Shown: positions 47,417 to 50,449 of the stretch, piece by piece | How the letters are laid out: each line of letters begins with the position of its first letter | Position numbering within the stretch: the stretch's first letter is position 1 | IMG/VR virus record: IMGVR_UViG_3300020042_008421 | Location: 1-50,449 of that record | Reading direction: 5' to 3' (one strand) | DNA length: 50,449 bases | From: a virus | Taxonomy: Duplodnaviria > Caudoviricetes | Translations under genes and position numbers: made by a program | Notes under the pieces: generated by a model | Seen by the model: the letters and a program-made list of their open reading frames with translations, nothing else | Database searches by the model: none | Told to the model about the DNA's origin: nothing

Positions 47417-47905
47417 TTACTGAGTTATCCAGTATTCTACTCTTGTTCCTTTAACCCATTCAGCATAAATTATATTTAAAGTATTTGGTACATAAACACC
47501 ATTACTTACTACTACCCAAGTTTGTGGTACTGATGGAGCTACAGAGTGGTTATGATATATTTTTTGTACTACTCCTATTTGTGCCCCAGTTAGATCATTT
47601 GTTAGACTTCCAGTTGCAGGTGCATCCCATTCATTATACACTGTTGTATTAACAAATGATATTATAGTCCCTGATCCTGTAACTGCCCCCGTCACACCTT
47701 GTGGTCCTTGAGGACCAACAGAACCTGATGGACCTATAGAGCCTGATGGGCCTTGTGGTCCTGTAGGTCCTACTTGTCCTTGAGGCCCAGGATTATTTAC
47801 TTCTACAACACTAGTAATAGGTTGAGGAACAATGATTTGATTTTCCTCTGTCACTACTGTTACATTAGCTATATCAGTTTGGCTATTTATACTATTATTC
47901 TGCAT
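47417..47905 (-). CDS. Collagen-like repeat virion protein
   Basis: About 12 consecutive G-X-Y triplets (GPQGQVGPTGPQGPSGSIGPS...). Confidence 0.8.
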   Translation of the reverse strand: MQNNSINSQTDIANVTVVTEENQIIVPQPITSVVEVNNPGPQGQVGPTGPQGPSGSIGPSGSVGPQGPQGVTGAVTGSGTIISFVNTTVYNEWDAPATGSLTNDLTGAQIGVVQKIYHNHSVAPSVPQTWVVVSNGVYVPNTLNIIYAEWVKGTRVEYWITQ

Positions 47906-47921
47906 TAAGCTTCAGGTTTAT

Positions 47922-47930
47922 TATAAATAT
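47922..47930 (-). promoter_or_regulatory. Putative late promoter motif ATATTTATA
   Basis: Exact intergenic copy. Confidence 0.6.
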
Positions 47931-47944
47931 GATGGTAAATTAGG

Positions 47945-50071
47945 TTATACTATAAATGTCCAACCTGTAGATTTGTATATGTATAATCCTTCTGTTGCGT
48001 CTGTACAGTATACCATTAGTCCTACTGCTGGTGTTGATATGGCTGTGCGTTGAGCGTTAGTCATGCGGGGTGGTAGGAAACCACGTGATGTTGAATCTGC
48101 TTGTAATATCGCTGAGGCATCTGTGTAACTTAATGCACCTACCCGCAGAGAGTATCTTGTGAAGATACCTAAACCAGTTCCAATTCCTAAATCTGAAGAA
48201 CCACCTAGAACCATTTGTCCACTTCCTCGAACATCTAAAACATTTGCACCAAATCCATTTTCAACTCTAAAAATAGGTTGTGAGTCTAATGTTAATGAAC
48301 TACTTATTCTTGCTTCCCCTCTTACATCTAATTTGTAAGCAGGAGCAAGTGTTCCTATACCGACACTACCAGTAGCATCAATGGTCATTCTTACCTGATC
48401 TATACCATTAGAGTAGTTGGTGCCAAAGTATAATGGTTGTGCTGTGCCCCCATTAGCCCAAGATGCGATATAAAATGGCTTTCCATTTCCACCACCTTTA
48501 ATTAAAGTACTAACTGTACTGTCATTAGGTATTAATTCAATTCGTTGGGCTGGGACAGCGCCACGTGCTATTGCTAAACCATCCCCTGATATAGAGTCAT
48601 ATATTTCTAAACGTTTAGTAGGGATAGTTGTTCCAATACCGACATTACCACTTGAACTAACGTATAATCTTGAAGAACCACTTGTAATTAAAACTACTGA
48701 CCCAGAACTGTCTCCACCTAAACCTGATGATAATCCTATAGCATTTAATCTATAAGGAATAAACATTGCTGTTGTTAGGTCATTAATAAGAGCACCTTTT
48801 ATCTGTATTTGGTTAGTTACATAACCATCACTTGTAAAAGCACCTGAAAATAATCCTCCTGCTTTAAAAAATAGTCTGCTAGAATCTAAATAAATTCCAT
48901 TTGAAGTACTTCCAAATGCAATAGTAGGATTTGTAAAATCACCTACATTATTTGATGTTCCAAGTTGAAGTGATGGTGAAGAACCTGATATAGATAAACT
49001 GCCGGTTATAGTTTGCGGCCCGGTGTTAGTTAATACTTCATGCCATCCAACTTGAGAACCACTATTATAATAGTATAATCCTTCATTTGTTGATCCTGTT
49101 AAGTATGTTATTAAACCTTGAGCAGGAGATGTGATTGAGGCTGTTGTTGATGTGCGTGGTGGTAGGAAGCCTTTTGTTGTAGACTTTACTTCAAGTAATG
49201 CAGATGGTGATGATAAGAAACTATAGTCTTGTGAAACTATTACTCCTTTGGCGGCAGTCGGAACAATTAATCTTAAATCATTATTAGTTCCTACATCCAT
49301 AGTACCAGTGTATATTGTAACACCAGATACATTGCTTGTTGCACTTGGATTTATATTTCCACAAGTAAGAACACCGGTTCTAACTGTCCCATTTACATCT
49401 AAATTGTACCCTGCGTCTGTTGTTGTGCCTATAAGGACATTACCGCCTGCTGTTATTTGTGCTCTTCCAATACCATTAGTAAGAAAACTAAAAGGTTGAT
49501 TTGAATTTGTACCTATAAATGAGTTTCCAGCACTGCCTGCTCCAATAAAGGTAGTAACACCTTGCCGAGTTAGATTTATATAAGTACCATCAAAGGTTGT
49601 TATCAAACCTACTCCTAAAGAAGCACTTCCATGTGTAAATATACCGGTAACACTAGCACTACCTGTAACAGTTAAACTACCAGTAGGTATTCTTACAGTA
49701 CCATACAAAGTTTGAGTATCGTTAGCATTATCTCCTAATGTATTAGAACCTGTTGAATTAATTGTAGTATTAATCTGTAATACATTAATAGAAGCAGTAC
49801 CTAATACTGTCACATCTCCTGATACAATAGCAGAAGCCATTGTAGTAGCTCCTGTTATAGTCGCACTACCTGAGAATATGGCTGGTCCTATGTTTGTAAA
49901 AGTAGAAGATCCTGATACTAGAAATGATCCTGATATTTGTAAACTACTTGTTGTAGTCCAAATACTTCCACTTATGTTATTAAATGGTTGTGTTGAGCCA
50001 GAAGGACCAGCTATACCCTGTGGTCCCGTAGAACCTTGTGGGCCGGGATTATTTATTACAATAGTACGCAT
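47945..50071 (-). CDS. Tail fibre-like protein with a short collagen N-terminus
   Basis: GNVGIGTT.P..L repeats, two ST.(K/R)GFLPPR modules and GPQG triplets. Confidence 0.8.
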   Translation of the reverse strand: MRTIVINNPGPQGSTGPQGIAGPSGSTQPFNNISGSIWTTTSSLQISGSFLVSGSSTFTNIGPAIFSGSATITGATTMASAIVSGDVTVLGTASINVLQINTTINSTGSNTLGDNANDTQTLYGTVRIPTGSLTVTGSASVTGIFTHGSASLGVGLITTFDGTYINLTRQGVTTFIGAGSAGNSFIGTNSNQPFSFLTNGIGRAQITAGGNVLIGTTTDAGYNLDVNGTVRTGVLTCGNINPSATSNVSGVTIYTGTMDVGTNNDLRLIVPTAAKGVIVSQDYSFLSSPSALLEVKSTTKGFLPPRTSTTASITSPAQGLITYLTGSTNEGLYYYNSGSQVGWHEVLTNTGPQTITGSLSISGSSPSLQLGTSNNVGDFTNPTIAFGSTSNGIYLDSSRLFFKAGGLFSGAFTSDGYVTNQIQIKGALINDLTTAMFIPYRLNAIGLSSGLGGDSSGSVVLITSGSSRLYVSSSGNVGIGTTIPTKRLEIYDSISGDGLAIARGAVPAQRIELIPNDSTVSTLIKGGGNGKPFYIASWANGGTAQPLYFGTNYSNGIDQVRMTIDATGSVGIGTLAPAYKLDVRGEARISSSLTLDSQPIFRVENGFGANVLDVRGSGQMVLGGSSDLGIGTGLGIFTRYSLRVGALSYTDASAILQADSTSRGFLPPRMTNAQRTAISTPAVGLMVYCTDATEGLYIYKSTGWTFIV

Positions 50072-50449
50072 TATCGTGTTACTTCTTTACTTAGACTAAC
50101 TTGTCCTTCTAATAGTCGAGTTATTACACTACCTGATGTTATTTCTAGGTCATATAGTGCAGTATTAAATGTGAAATTTGAAGACGATGCAGCAGATATA
50201 TATATGCCTATAGAACCAGAGGCAGGTGGGGTAACCCCATTGCTTCCGCTAAAATTTAAACCAGTGCCATCAACTGATAATGAACTAGATAGTATAGCGT
50301 ATGTAGTAGGGTTTGTATTAGCATACCCAGATCTAATCATCATTTTACCGCTATATCCAGTTAAATCAACAGGTGTATTGGTTGAATCCTTATATTGGAT
50401 CTCAAAATTTAATGTTGATCCTTGTTCTATTATAAATGAATATCTTCCT
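50071..50449 (-). CDS. Virion structural protein (BppU/Ig-like), 5' end outside the window
   Basis: Frame is open to the window edge: GRYSFIIEQGSTLNFEIQYKDSTNTPVDLTGYSGKMMIR...YDLEI...RLLEG.V.LS.EVTR. Confidence 0.7.
   Translation of the reverse strand, partial: GRYSFIIEQGSTLNFEIQYKDSTNTPVDLTGYSGKMMIRSGYANTNPTTYAILSSSLSVDGTGLNFSGSNGVTPPASGSIGIYISAASSSNFTFNTALYDLEITSGSVITRLLEGQVSLSKEVTR

Noticed and set aside
1905-47930. Reading the + strand TATAAATA copies as canonical T4 late promoters
   Set aside because: They would point away from the adjacent gene starts and into the 3' ends of genes, with no plus-strand genes to serve. A sense-strand ATATTTATA element is more parsimonious.
13080-50071. 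Diversity-generating retroelement or invertase shufflon acting on the fibre/LamG genes
   Set aside because: I saw no reverse transcriptase or site-specific recombinase, no repeat pair differing only at adenines, and no inverted cassettes.
2033-50099. All plus-strand ORFs in the track (60-163 aa)
   Set aside because: They lie antisense to longer minus-strand genes with recognisable motifs or coherent synteny and have no motifs of their own, so they are shadow ORFs.

Overview
A 50 kb, AT-rich segment of a large tailed dsDNA phage with a contractile tail and T4-like neck and tail genes. All credible genes lie on the minus strand, and their A/T-rich starts without Shine-Dalgarno sites suggest a Bacteroidota host (inference). 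In transcription order (right to left) the window holds fibre, collagen-like and DUF285 virion proteins; gp13/gp14/gp15-like neck and terminator proteins; sheath, tube, tail assembly chaperone and tape measure; a tube-initiator-like protein, a LysM protein and two paralogous hub proteins; a block of fibre and LamG genes; a replication module (divergent PolA, SSB, RecA/UvsX, 5'-3' exonuclease, DnaB-like helicase, NrdB, NrdA); three genes sharing an N-terminal leader; and a TGT/DpdA-like gene with queC. The main observations are: (1) a late-type cassette of unrelated proteins sharing the leader MKLSQLKQIIKEEI, candidate capsid-packaged cargo; (2) enrichment of [ST]-[GAS]-S tripeptides in outer virion proteins, a candidate modification sequon; (3) a thumb-less PolA with an altered steric gate; (4) duplicated hubs with different cell-wall-enzyme-like C-termini; (5) a likely +1/-2 frameshift in the tail chaperone; (6) two promoter-like motif classes. 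All calls come from reading motifs by eye; no searches were run.
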